Assembly (NCBI GenBank): GCA_025361285.1
Contig: JANYAP010000022.1
Span: 255 to 64,254 of the forward strand
Direction of reading: 5' to 3'
Length of the DNA: 64,000 bases
Origin: Bacteroidales bacterium
GTDB taxonomy: Bacteria; Bacteroidota; Bacteroidia; Bacteroidales; JAAUTT01
Shown: piece after piece, positions 1 to 9,076 of the stretch
Layout of the letters: the number at the start of each line of letters is the position of its first letter
Position numbering within the stretch: the stretch's first letter is position 1
Program-made: the position numbers and the translations under genes
The notes under the pieces: generated by a model
What the model saw: the letters and a program-made list of their open reading frames with translations, nothing else
Databases searched by the model: none
Told to the model about the DNA's origin: nothing

Positions 1-390
1 TTATATTTTATAATTTTTCTTGTCATCTTTATTAAAGGTTTAAATTTTAAGACCGCTAAGGTATTACTTATTTATTTGTTTTGATATTTGTTGTTTAGTT
101 ATAGTTATGGGTTTTGATTAGCAAGTTGTTTTAGGGTGTAAAAGCTATGTTAAGCCTGATTAAAGTTTGGGCGCTTATTCGAGCGCATCTAAATTGTGCC
201 GATAAGAAAACTCTTCTTTATTACTTTTTTGGAAAACTTAGCGAAGCGTTCTCATGAGCGAAAGCGAATAAAAAAGTAACAAGAAAAAATATTTGAAACT
301 TCTTATAAATATTGACATACAACTATGTTTTTGACATTTTAACGAGTTTTCTTGGTAATACTTTATAAAATGCGCAACAGTCTTTTTTGT

Positions 391-1854
391 TTAATTCTTT
401 GTTTTTTTACCTGCTGCATTAACCTTTATAACTGTGTCGAATTCGATGTAAGTGGGCACTTTATATAAAGGTAGATGCTTTTGGCAATGGTTTGAAATAT
501 CTTTAATCGATATAGCGTTTCTTTTATCGTCGGCTAATACCACTGTGGCTTTCATGGCTTCGCCGAGTATCTCATCGTCTACTTGCGTAATAGTGCAATC
601 AACAACTTCGGGCATCGACAATATTACTTCTTCAATTTCCTTGGGGCTAATTCGTTTTCCGCCTACTTTAATAAAATCTTTTTTACGAGATTGAATAAAA
701 ATGAATCCGTCGTTATCAATGGTGGCAATATCGCCAGTATATAACCAGCCGTTCTTTATTGTTTCGGCAGTTAGCGCCTCATCCTTATAGTAACCCTTCA
801 TCACATTATCGCCTAGTGCAACTATTTCGCCTGCTTCGCCAACTGCTACATTATCACCCTGTTCGTTAACAACCCGAAGTGTTACGTTTGGAATTCCTTT
901 ACCTATCGACCCAAGCTTTTCGTGTAATTTATTGGGTGGCAAGTACGAAAGGCGCGCGGTAGCTTCGGTTTGACCGTACATAACAACAAAATTTATGTTC
1001 GGAAAAGCCTGTGTAAATTCCGAAATAAATACCGATGGCAACTTGCCTCCAGCTTGTGTAACATAGCGAAGATGAGGGAATAACGTGGTTGTGAAGGATT
1101 TCGATTTTCGTAGCAATACTTGATAATGGCTTGGTACGCCAGCAAAACCAGTGCATTGATACTGATTTAGATCGCGAAAAATTCCGCCAATAAATATAAA
1201 TGAGTTGTTGAAAGCTATTGAACCGCCTACCTTAAGGTGCGTATGAAGTAGCGACAAGCCATAACAGTAGTAGAACGGCAGTACTACCAACATTTTGTCG
1301 TTAAAAGTTAAGTTTAGGTAATTAATAATAGACGATGTATTGGCAATAAGGTTTCTGTGACTAAGAACTACGCCCTTAGGCACACCAGTTGAACCCGATG
1401 TAAATATTATCTCGGCCGATGCTTCGGAATTGGCAATTGGAGTTATCGAGAAATTGTTACTTGTTTCGCCTGCCAATATTTCTTTAATGCCATCTTCTGA
1501 AATAACGTGAGATAGTGCTTCCGATTTAACTTTTGTAAATTTGGAAATAAATCCCGTTAACGTATTGCACTGATTGATAATAAAATCGAGTGTTTTCTGG
1601 TCGGTGGCAGGGTTTAAGGGCACAACCGTATTTCCCGATTTTAGTATAGCCAAATAGCATAAAACAAAAAACAGGTTGTTATGGCTTATTAATAAGATAC
1701 ACTGATCTTTGCCATACATTTTTTGAATATAACCAGCCAAAAATAAGCTATTCTTATGCAGCTTAGCGAAAGTAATTTCTTCGCTAGGGTTAAGAATAAA
1801 GGCTCTATCGTGTAACTGGGTCTCTGAAAACAAGTAATCAAAGACATTATTCAT
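391..1854 (-). CDS. AMP-dependent synthetase/ligase (adenylate-forming enzyme, probable acyl- or aminoacyl-carrier-protein ligase)
   Basis: 487-aa ORF with adenylation core motifs TSGSTGVPKG, YGQTE, YTGD and GGKRISPKEIE, plus a C-terminal GK. It is the last gene of a co-directional cluster that contains two carrier proteins. Confidence 0.85.
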   Translation of the reverse strand: MNNVFDYLFSETQLHDRAFILNPSEEITFAKLHKNSLFLAGYIQKMYGKDQCILLISHNNLFFVLCYLAILKSGNTVVPLNPATDQKTLDFIINQCNTLTGFISKFTKVKSEALSHVISEDGIKEILAGETSNNFSITPIANSEASAEIIFTSGSTGVPKGVVLSHRNLIANTSSIINYLNLTFNDKMLVVLPFYYCYGLSLLHTHLKVGGSIAFNNSFIFIGGIFRDLNQYQCTGFAGVPSHYQVLLRKSKSFTTTLFPHLRYVTQAGGKLPSVFISEFTQAFPNINFVVMYGQTEATARLSYLPPNKLHEKLGSIGKGIPNVTLRVVNEQGDNVAVGEAGEIVALGDNVMKGYYKDEALTAETIKNGWLYTGDIATIDNDGFIFIQSRKKDFIKVGGKRISPKEIEEVILSMPEVVDCTITQVDDEILGEAMKATVVLADDKRNAISIKDISNHCQKHLPLYKVPTYIEFDTVIKVNAAGKKTKN

Positions 1855-1876
1855 GGTAAAAACAATTAGGAGTTAT

Positions 1877-2221
1877 TTATTTTAATTTTTTTATTGCAGA
1901 TTCAGATAACCCTGTTGACTTTGTTATTAAATCAATGGAAACACCACTTAATAAAAGATTTTTAGCAACTTCTATCTTTCCTTCGTCTCGTGCGGTATCT
2001 AACGAATTTTTTAAATCTCGGTAATATTTTAAACTATCCTCATAGGAACGAGCCTGTTCCCGTGTAAAGCGAGCGATTTCGGCTGTTTCAAATAGCTTGT
2101 CAAATATTTTTTCTCTCAGCTTGTCCGGTATTCTATCAAGTTTGTTTAAATTCCTTATTACGTAAAGCCATTTATCAAATCTCGTTTCAAGTTCGTCAAC
2201 CGATTTATTGAACTTGGGCAT
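1877..2221 (-). pseudogene. C-terminal fragment of an Rpn-family PD-(D/E)XK nuclease / putative transposase
   Basis: The 114-aa ORF resembles only the C-terminal ~110 residues of Bacteroidota Rpn-type putative transposases (FDKWLYVIRNL..., RSYEDSLKYYRD, LSESAIKKL). The nuclease core is absent. Its ATG at 2221 abuts the stop of the upstream gene (2222-2224). Confidence 0.45.
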
Positions 2222-3190
2222 TTACATATGTATTGGTGCGCGGCGCAGGTAATCGGTAGTTTGCTGCTTACGGGCAAAATTTTCGAATATTTTTTCGAGT
2301 GCGTCAACGGTCATATCCATTTCCTTGGCCACTTCGGCAAGTGGGAACTTATTCTCATAAGCATACCAAAGTATATCCATCTGTTTAAAAGGTATTTGGT
2401 AGAAAAACTCTTCCTGAGTTTGCTCGGCGGTATATGTATCGGTTGTTGGCGTTCTGTCTATAATTTCCTGTGGCACACCTAAGTACGATGCCAATTGATA
2501 TACTTGTGTTTTATAAAGTTTACCTATAGGCATTACATCTGCACCTCCGTCGCCGTATTTCACAAAAAAGCCTTGCTCAACTTCGTGCTTGTTTGGAGTT
2601 CCAATTACTGCATAATGAAGACGTTCGGCATGATAATAAAGCATCGACATTCGCGAGCGTTGTTTAAAGTTCGAAGCAGCAACAATTTGAAGATATTCGG
2701 CTGCAGGCAACATCTTACTTTGTTCTTTCCCATAAGGATCGACAATTGTTAGATAAAAAATTGGCGGAAGGTTTTGACTAACATTGCTTTGCTTAACCCC
2801 AATTTTCATCTTATAGGTTTTCGGGTTGTATTCTGGAAACACGCAGGCTACCGATTCGTCGCGGCGTTGATAGCATCCATAACCTTCCAGAGCGCCTGTA
2901 ATATTCTCAGTTAAGGTTTTAACTCTATAAGTGTCGGCAAGTTTTTGCGCTAACATAGCGCTATCGGGGCTTGAGTCCTTTTCGGGAAGCATAACACCCA
3001 GAATTTTATCGGCACCAAATGCTTTAACCGATAACGCCAGTGAAACCGACGAATCGATACCTCCACTTATGCCAACAACAGCGCCTTTTCGGCGAAGAGT
3101 ATTTAAAACGTTGCTACGTAATTCATTTACAATCTGATCTACAACTTCGGGTACATTTGTTAGATGTATAATTTCTTTTTTGAATTCCAT
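2222..3190 (-). CDS. NAD+ synthetase-family ATP pyrophosphatase (NadE-like amidating enzyme)
   Basis: 322 aa with PP-loop GISGGIDSS near the N-terminus and an NadE-like core (GTPNKHEVEQGFFVKYGDGGAD). Confidence 0.8.
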   Translation of the reverse strand: MEFKKEIIHLTNVPEVVDQIVNELRSNVLNTLRRKGAVVGISGGIDSSVSLALSVKAFGADKILGVMLPEKDSSPDSAMLAQKLADTYRVKTLTENITGALEGYGCYQRRDESVACVFPEYNPKTYKMKIGVKQSNVSQNLPPIFYLTIVDPYGKEQSKMLPAAEYLQIVAASNFKQRSRMSMLYYHAERLHYAVIGTPNKHEVEQGFFVKYGDGGADVMPIGKLYKTQVYQLASYLGVPQEIIDRTPTTDTYTAEQTQEEFFYQIPFKQMDILWYAYENKFPLAEVAKEMDMTVDALEKIFENFARKQQTTDYLRRAPIHM

Positions 3191-3207
3191 AAGAATTAAT
3201 GTTAAGT

Positions 3208-5187
3208 TTATTTTCTGTTAGTTACTATTCGTGGTGTTAAAATATTTTTATATTCGTCTGGTTTATAGCTGTTTTCGATAAACATTGAATATATTAATTG
3301 AGTTGATAGGATAGCCGTTATAGCCATCGTATCCGATTCGCTGTATAAGTTTGTGATTTCGAATTTGTTTTTAAGCACTTTTACAAGCGCGGGGTCGAAA
3401 ATGCCATATTTTTTAATTTTTTCTTCCGACAAAAATTCCTGTACATAGCTGGGCGAATCTTTCGAGAAAAAGGCACTTATTATAGGTGCTCTATAAGCCT
3501 GTTTGCTTCGTTTTAATATCGATTGAGGAAGCCGATTCTTCATCATTTGCTTCATCAGGTATTTTTCGTCTAACCCCTTCATTTTAAAATGAGAAGGAAG
3601 TGAAGCGCTATATTCTATTACCCGGTAATCAAGAAACGGGTATCGGCCTTCAATTGAGTTGCCCATTCCCATGCGATCGCCTTGCGTTGATAGTAAGTAA
3701 TTGGACATTAGTAACTTTGTTTCGAGCCACTGTGCCTGAGAAAGACCATCGAGATTTGAAAAATTTGATGGTAATTCTTTCTCGAATTCAGTTAATGGGT
3801 TATATTCGTTTAACGATGCTCGAATATTGGTGCTGAAGTACTTAAGCATTATTGCGCCATTGTTCCATCGCAGCAAATGCGAATAAAATGGGTTATTAAC
3901 ATCGTTGAGTTTACCCCCAAAAACAAATTTAAGAGCTTGCTCGCTCATATTCTGAATTTGAGGTATATATGGGTAAAGTTTCTTCAACAGCAGTGGTCGA
4001 ATTTTAGAATCGGGGTATTTAGCCCAGAATCGGCGAATTTGCGATTCTTTAAAAATATCGTATCCAGCCATAATCTCGTCGGCGCCTTCGCCAGTAATAA
4101 CAACCTTTATATTTTGCTCCCGAACCTTTTTCGATAGAAGAAACATTGGTGCTGGGGCTGTACGCAGCATTGGAACCTCGGAATACCAAACTACTTTTGG
4201 GAAAATTTCAGCAATATCGGAAGCAGTACAAGTAAAACTTGTGTGCTTAGTGTGCAGATATTGAGACACTTCGTTCTGAAACACACTTTCGTCGTAATCT
4301 TTATCGGTAAAACCAATGGAAAACGTTTGCAGGTGTTCGGGCGATATTTCCTTAATTAACGAGGTGGTGATGCTGGAATCGAGACCTCCGCTTAAGTATG
4401 CGGCTACAGGCACGTCCGAGCGAAGTCGAAGGCGTACAGAGTCCTTCAATAAGGCATCGAATTGCTCCATTGCCTCGTTAAAATTTGTGGTTTGGTATTT
4501 ATCTTTTTCGGCAAACGATAATTCCCAAAAACACTTTTTTGAAACAGCTTGGTCTTTAATTATCATGTAGTTACCAGGTTCGAGCTCGCTAATTTCGTTG
4601 AAAATAGTTTTGCCTGGCAATGGTGTCCACATTGTAAAAACTTCCGCTAGTGTTTGTGGGTTTAAAGTTACATTTACCGATGGATGTTCGAGTATTGCCT
4701 TAATTTCGGAAGCAAACACTAGGCTATCGTTGGTATTGGTGTAGAACAAAGGACGAATTCCAACCCTATCGCGAGCTATAATAAGTTCTTTTTTATTTCT
4801 ATCCCAAATTGCGAAAACAAATTGACCGTTTAGCTTTTGCAGGCACGAAATACCGTATTCTATAAATAAATTGAGCAGAACCTCGGTGTCGGAATTTGTA
4901 CGGAATTTACATCCTTTAGCTTTAAGCTCTTCGCGTAGCTCGATATAATTGAAAATTTCGCCATTGAAAACTATCCAATATCGTTCGTCGATATCGCTTA
5001 TAGGCTGTTGCCCCGATGCAATATCGATAATGCTTAATCGAACATTTCCGAAGCAAACCTGATTGTCGTAAAATATACCGCTTTCGTCGGGTCCTCTATG
5101 CTTAATCATGCTAAGCATTTGGGTAACAATTGGTACCAGTTGTTCGGCCTTATGATGGAAATTTAATATACCTGCAATACCACACAT
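3208..5187 (-). CDS. asparagine synthase (glutamine-hydrolysing) family amidotransferase
   Basis: 659 aa with the N-terminal Ntn nucleophile MCGIAG, a class-II GATase domain and PP-loop SGGLDSS in the synthetase domain. Confidence 0.9.
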   Translation of the reverse strand: MCGIAGILNFHHKAEQLVPIVTQMLSMIKHRGPDESGIFYDNQVCFGNVRLSIIDIASGQQPISDIDERYWIVFNGEIFNYIELREELKAKGCKFRTNSDTEVLLNLFIEYGISCLQKLNGQFVFAIWDRNKKELIIARDRVGIRPLFYTNTNDSLVFASEIKAILEHPSVNVTLNPQTLAEVFTMWTPLPGKTIFNEISELEPGNYMIIKDQAVSKKCFWELSFAEKDKYQTTNFNEAMEQFDALLKDSVRLRLRSDVPVAAYLSGGLDSSITTSLIKEISPEHLQTFSIGFTDKDYDESVFQNEVSQYLHTKHTSFTCTASDIAEIFPKVVWYSEVPMLRTAPAPMFLLSKKVREQNIKVVITGEGADEIMAGYDIFKESQIRRFWAKYPDSKIRPLLLKKLYPYIPQIQNMSEQALKFVFGGKLNDVNNPFYSHLLRWNNGAIMLKYFSTNIRASLNEYNPLTEFEKELPSNFSNLDGLSQAQWLETKLLMSNYLLSTQGDRMGMGNSIEGRYPFLDYRVIEYSASLPSHFKMKGLDEKYLMKQMMKNRLPQSILKRSKQAYRAPIISAFFSKDSPSYVQEFLSEEKIKKYGIFDPALVKVLKNKFEITNLYSESDTMAITAILSTQLIYSMFIENSYKPDEYKNILTPRIVTNRK

Positions 5188-5226
5188 TGAGGGAAATTCA
5201 TTATGTTGAAATAAAACAGCACATAT

Positions 5227-5490
5227 TTACTGTACTGATATTTTTGTAAGAACGTATCGTTCAATAGCATCAATCGATTCATAGTTTTCTTCAACAAAAT
5301 CGACATCCTTGCTAATAATGTTAAACTCCTTTTCAATAAACGTTATTAAGGAATATAAGCCTATTGAGTCGAGGTAATTTTCTTGAAAAAGCAGAGTGCT
5401 ATCATCTAACGAATTATCATCGTTCGATCCATTTTCGAGTATATACTTTCGCACTATTGCCTTTATGTTATTGGTATTCAATTGGGTCAT
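5227..5490 (-). CDS. acyl/peptidyl carrier protein
   Basis: 87-aa acidic protein with a phosphopantetheine attachment-type motif (YLDSIGLYSL). Confidence 0.75.
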   Translation of the reverse strand: MTQLNTNNIKAIVRKYILENGSNDDNSLDDSTLLFQENYLDSIGLYSLITFIEKEFNIISKDVDFVEENYESIDAIERYVLTKISVQ

Positions 5491-5501
5491 ATTTTGTGCT
5501 G

Positions 5502-5777
5502 CTATAATTTAGATGAAATATATTTAGTTATAGCATCTATTGACTCAAAGTTCTCCTCTACAATGTCGCCATCGAGGGTTGTAATGTGAAAATCGTTCTC
5601 TAGAAAAGAGATTAACGACACAAAACCCATCGAATCGAAAAAGCCTTCGCGAAAAATAAGGGTTTCATCCTTAATTTTGTCGTTATGCTCAAACACATTG
5701 TCTTCGATATACTTACGAACTACACTTTTTATTTCCAAAGTTTCCATATTTATACTAGTTTTTGTTGATGTTTCCAT
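5502..5777 (-). CDS. acyl/peptidyl carrier protein (paralogue of 5227-5490)
   Basis: Carries the FFDSMGFVSL attachment motif. It shares VRKYI and EEN(Y/F)ESIDAI with the neighbouring carrier protein. The ATG at 5747 (81 aa) avoids the 28-nt overlap with the upstream gene and may be the real start. Confidence 0.75.
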   Translation of the reverse strand: METSTKTSINMETLEIKSVVRKYIEDNVFEHNDKIKDETLIFREGFFDSMGFVSLISFLENDFHITTLDGDIVEENFESIDAITKYISSKL

Positions 5778-6697
5778 TTAAGTATGCTACCACGCGGAAT
5801 TATTACTCTGTAAGGCGTAGGTATATATTTACCTTCCTCAAACATTTTTTTTCGGTTTCGGTTCATAAAAGTAGCATCTTTTATTACATAATCGTCCGTT
5901 TTTAGTTTCATAAAAAAACCGCCTGCTTCTAGTGCATATTCCCTAATATAGGCTATTTCGGGGCTAACTTCTTTAAGTGCAGGGTCGAAAAACCAAGCTG
6001 AACCAAGAATGCATTTTATCGATTTGTTTTTCTCCACTAGTTCGGCTAAATTATTAAACAAGGTTTTCCATCCGTTCGGATTGAAATGTGACATCAAAAA
6101 AGGATCGATTTGGTTTGTATGAAGCTCGTATATAGGTTTATAACCTCGAACCAAAAACAGGGTAGAAACCATACTTTTAATAAATAGCAGGATACCTTGG
6201 TTTTTTACCATACTTAGCGACAATTGATTAATTGTAATAAACTGCGGACCAACGGGAATTGCTTGTAATCGAATAATGCTAAATTCTTTACAAAACTTAT
6301 CTTGTGTAAAATCTATCCAATCGGTGGTAACGTTATTTGTATTAATGCGTTTATAAATTCTCTCGAAATGATTTTCGAAATTTTGAACTACTGTCGGAGG
6401 AAAATTACCCAAATTTAACTCGTTAAGAGACTGTTCGATATACTTCAATAAAAAAAGCCGGTGATAATTAATGGCTGCCGAATGGCTGAAATCATTTTTT
6501 ACATTATAGTGGATTTCTAAAGCTAAATTGCTAAATTGCTTATAATTAGAACGGTGATTGTTATACGAACTTGATTGAACAAATCGATTGATAGGATACT
6601 TATCTAGTAGCAATGAATCGCTCTTCCGTAGTTCGGTTTCAATTTCGGTGCCTAACTTATGAACTTCTTCTATTGTAATCATTATGACAATATTCAA
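5750..6697 (-). CDS. hypothetical protein (candidate transferase by context only)
   Basis: 315-aa uninterrupted ORF that abuts the carrier-protein gene. I can name no family motif. Confidence 0.55.
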   Translation of the reverse strand: MNIVIMITIEEVHKLGTEIETELRKSDSLLLDKYPINRFVQSSSYNNHRSNYKQFSNLALEIHYNVKNDFSHSAAINYHRLFLLKYIEQSLNELNLGNFPPTVVQNFENHFERIYKRINTNNVTTDWIDFTQDKFCKEFSIIRLQAIPVGPQFITINQLSLSMVKNQGILLFIKSMVSTLFLVRGYKPIYELHTNQIDPFLMSHFNPNGWKTLFNNLAELVEKNKSIKCILGSAWFFDPALKEVSPEIAYIREYALEAGGFFMKLKTDDYVIKDATFMNRNRKKMFEEGKYIPTPYRVIIPRGSILKWKHQQKLV

Positions 6698-6923
6698 TTA
6701 GTTTCGTTTTTTGCAAACCTTAATTTCGGCGTGACAGCTTTTAAATATTAATACCTAATTCAATTGGGAATATTGCGCTTTGAAAGTGCAAACTAACTAT
6801 TTTTTTACATAGGAACAAATATTTCATTTTTAAATTTTGATTAATTTAAGATATTTGTGGATAAAACTGATTTAACGGTACTTAAAACGAACATATTTCA
6901 ATGCTGTAAAATAAAGTAATCTG

Positions 6924-6931
6924 TATATTTG
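6924..6931 (+). promoter_or_regulatory. Bacteroidota sigma-A -7 box (TATATTTG, followed by CA)
   Basis: Matches TAnnTTTG about 100 nt upstream of the ATG at 7032, inside a 334-bp AT-rich divergent intergenic region. Confidence 0.3.
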
Positions 6932-7031
6932 CATAATAGAAAAATTGAATTGCAATGCGTTAATTATTTGATTGTTAAATTAATACTAAAAGCAATTTAT
7001 TTATACATTAATCGTAGTAAATATTAGCAAT

Positions 7032-7463
7032 ATGATAATTGATCATCTTGGAATTGTAGTAGTATCAATTGAAAATAGCATAAACTATTGGCATAAAGTA
7101 TTTGGTTATAAGCAACATACCGAGGTAGTTGTAAATACTAGGCAAAAGGTTAAAGTTGTATTTTTATCTAAAGAAGGTTCAACAATGGTTAAATTGTTGG
7201 AACCTCTTGATGAATCGTCAACTATTTATCTTTTTGCGAAGCGGGGCGGAGGAATGCATCATATTTGCTTTAAATGCGATAATTTAACTAGTAAAATTAC
7301 TGAGCTAAATGCACTTGGCTTGCGAACACTTACATCACCTGAACCTGGCGAAGCTTTTGATAATGAACATATTGCATTTTTACATTCGTCGCAAAATTTA
7401 TATATTGAATTAATTGATACCGATAAGAAAGCTAGTATTTTAGACCAAATAAACACTATTTAG
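7032..7463 (+). CDS. VOC/glyoxalase-family protein, methylmalonyl-CoA epimerase-like
   Basis: 143 aa with IDHLGIVV at the N-terminus, GGGMHHICF and YIELID, the typical paired beta-alpha-beta-beta-beta VOC signature of epimerases. Confidence 0.7.
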   Translation: MIIDHLGIVVVSIENSINYWHKVFGYKQHTEVVVNTRQKVKVVFLSKEGSTMVKLLEPLDESSTIYLFAKRGGGMHHICFKCDNLTSKITELNALGLRTLTSPEPGEAFDNEHIAFLHSSQNLYIELIDTDKKASILDQINTI

Positions 7464-7474
7464 CCGCTATGTTT

Positions 7475-8458
7475 TCACGAAAACGGAGCCTTTAAAATTA
7501 GTTGTGGTAAATAAGAGTGAGTAAACGGAAATCGAGGTATTTCCATCAAGTCGGTATTAGGTTCCCATTTACGAGCAATGGTTGTAAAGCAGAATTTATA
7601 ATTGGCTTTTTGGCACGATAGTTTTGTTTGTGCCGAAAAGTCGTTAATACCGCCGTTTTGGTAGCAAAATGTTGTTTGCTGTTTTTCAAGTAGTTGTTCG
7701 AGTAAATTGTACGACTGTTGAAGTTCGAGCATTCGCTCGTTTTCGGTTAAAGTAGTTTGAATGTAATGATTATAACCATGCGAGCCAATATGTACAAGTG
7801 GATCGGCGGCAAGCAATTTTAAGTCATCTACACTTAAAACATCCTCCGATTCGTATATGCGGTTGTAATATTCCCATTCGTAACTGTCTAATAAATTGCA
7901 TATTGTCGGTAAAATGGCATTTTTCTCTTCAACCGAAATATACTTGTATTTACGAATTATTAAGTTAATTAATGCGCTTCTATCGTTATTTGTAATACCT
8001 AATGAACCAGCAATTTCGGTAAGTGTTTGATTTTGTTTGGTATGCTTAATGGCGGCAGCTATTAGGTAATGATCGAAGCGTTTGTTGCTAACTATGTGAT
8101 TTATTGAGATAAAAATTGTAAACGGAATTTGTTTTTGTTTTAAATACGGGTATAATTCTGTTAAATTGTTCTTGTATCCATCGTCGAAAGTGAGATGCAC
8201 CCACGGATAATTGGGTTTAATTTTTAAAGCTGCTATTTCCTGAAATTGCTCCATGGAAATGAATCGGAAATTAAGTTTTTCCAGAAATTCAATGGCTTTA
8301 ACAAAATCATTGTTATGTAGTTGAATGCGTTGAATATCAGTATCTATTATATTTTTGGTAACTCCATGCCCGAACAATACAAAACCTGGGTTAAGCGTTG
8401 AAGTGTAGGTAGCAAGTAGATTTACAAAAGGAGCTTTTTCGAGAAATCCTAAGTTCAT
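7475..8458 (-). CDS. polysaccharide deacetylase (NodB-homology) family protein
   Basis: 327 aa with NodB motifs LTFDDGY and GSHGYNH. Confidence 0.75.
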   Translation of the reverse strand: MNLGFLEKAPFVNLLATYTSTLNPGFVLFGHGVTKNIIDTDIQRIQLHNNDFVKAIEFLEKLNFRFISMEQFQEIAALKIKPNYPWVHLTFDDGYKNNLTELYPYLKQKQIPFTIFISINHIVSNKRFDHYLIAAAIKHTKQNQTLTEIAGSLGITNNDRSALINLIIRKYKYISVEEKNAILPTICNLLDSYEWEYYNRIYESEDVLSVDDLKLLAADPLVHIGSHGYNHYIQTTLTENERMLELQQSYNLLEQLLEKQQTTFCYQNGGINDFSAQTKLSCQKANYKFCFTTIARKWEPNTDLMEIPRFPFTHSYLPQLILKAPFS

Positions 8459-8499
8459 ATCAGTTATAAATTATTCGATATTAATGTATTGTAAGAAAG

Positions 8500-9054
8500 T
8501 TACGGTTTTTTATTCGCAGCAAATCGTTCTAATAGAATTCGTTTTTTTTCTTCTTCGGAGAGTAATTTATAATCGTGCAGTATTGGGTTTGCGTATATTT
8601 TGCTTCTATATTTCTCGGTGGTCATTATTACTCGTGCCGGATTGCCAATTGCAACAGAATTGTCGGGTATTTTGCCTCTAACAATGGAACCAGCTCCTAT
8701 AATACAGTTGTTGCCAATGGTTGTGTTGGGCATAATAAGGCTATTCATTCCAATAAAGCAATTATTGCCAATTTTTATTGTGCCGAACAAATCCATATGC
8801 GGGTTTTCGTTATGGAAAAGGCATATACTGCCTTCGTGGGTAATTAGATAAACGTTTTCGGTAATTATTACATCGTTACCAATTTCGATAAGGTACGATT
8901 CGGGCGATAAGGAAAAGCAATGAATTCGGCAATTTTCGCCAATTTTCACGCCCATTTTTCGCCACATCCATACTCTAAACTTGTTGTTTAAGTGTTTAAA
9001 AAGGAATTTGATGATGTCTCTTTTAACTCGTTTCGCAACATTTATAATGTTCAT
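8500..9054 (-). CDS. hexapeptide-repeat (LbH) O-acetyltransferase
   Basis: 184 aa with consecutive hexapeptide repeats (IGNNCFIGMNSLIMPNTTIGNNCIIGAGSIVRGKIPDNSVAIGNPARV). Confidence 0.85.
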   Translation of the reverse strand: MNIINVAKRVKRDIIKFLFKHLNNKFRVWMWRKMGVKIGENCRIHCFSLSPESYLIEIGNDVIITENVYLITHEGSICLFHNENPHMDLFGTIKIGNNCFIGMNSLIMPNTTIGNNCIIGAGSIVRGKIPDNSVAIGNPARVIMTTEKYRSKIYANPILHDYKLLSEEEKKRILLERFAANKKP

Positions 9055-9076
9055 AATTAATATTAGTAATTGGTTA

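Noticed and set aside
150-290. Structured element in the 390-bp non-coding start of the window (10-bp inverted repeat TTACTTTTTT/AAAAAAGTAA around a CTCATGAG palindrome, plus a GCGCT..AGCGC hairpin)
   Set aside because: The stems are short and AT-rich with large non-complementary internal loops. There is no second copy in the window to support conservation.
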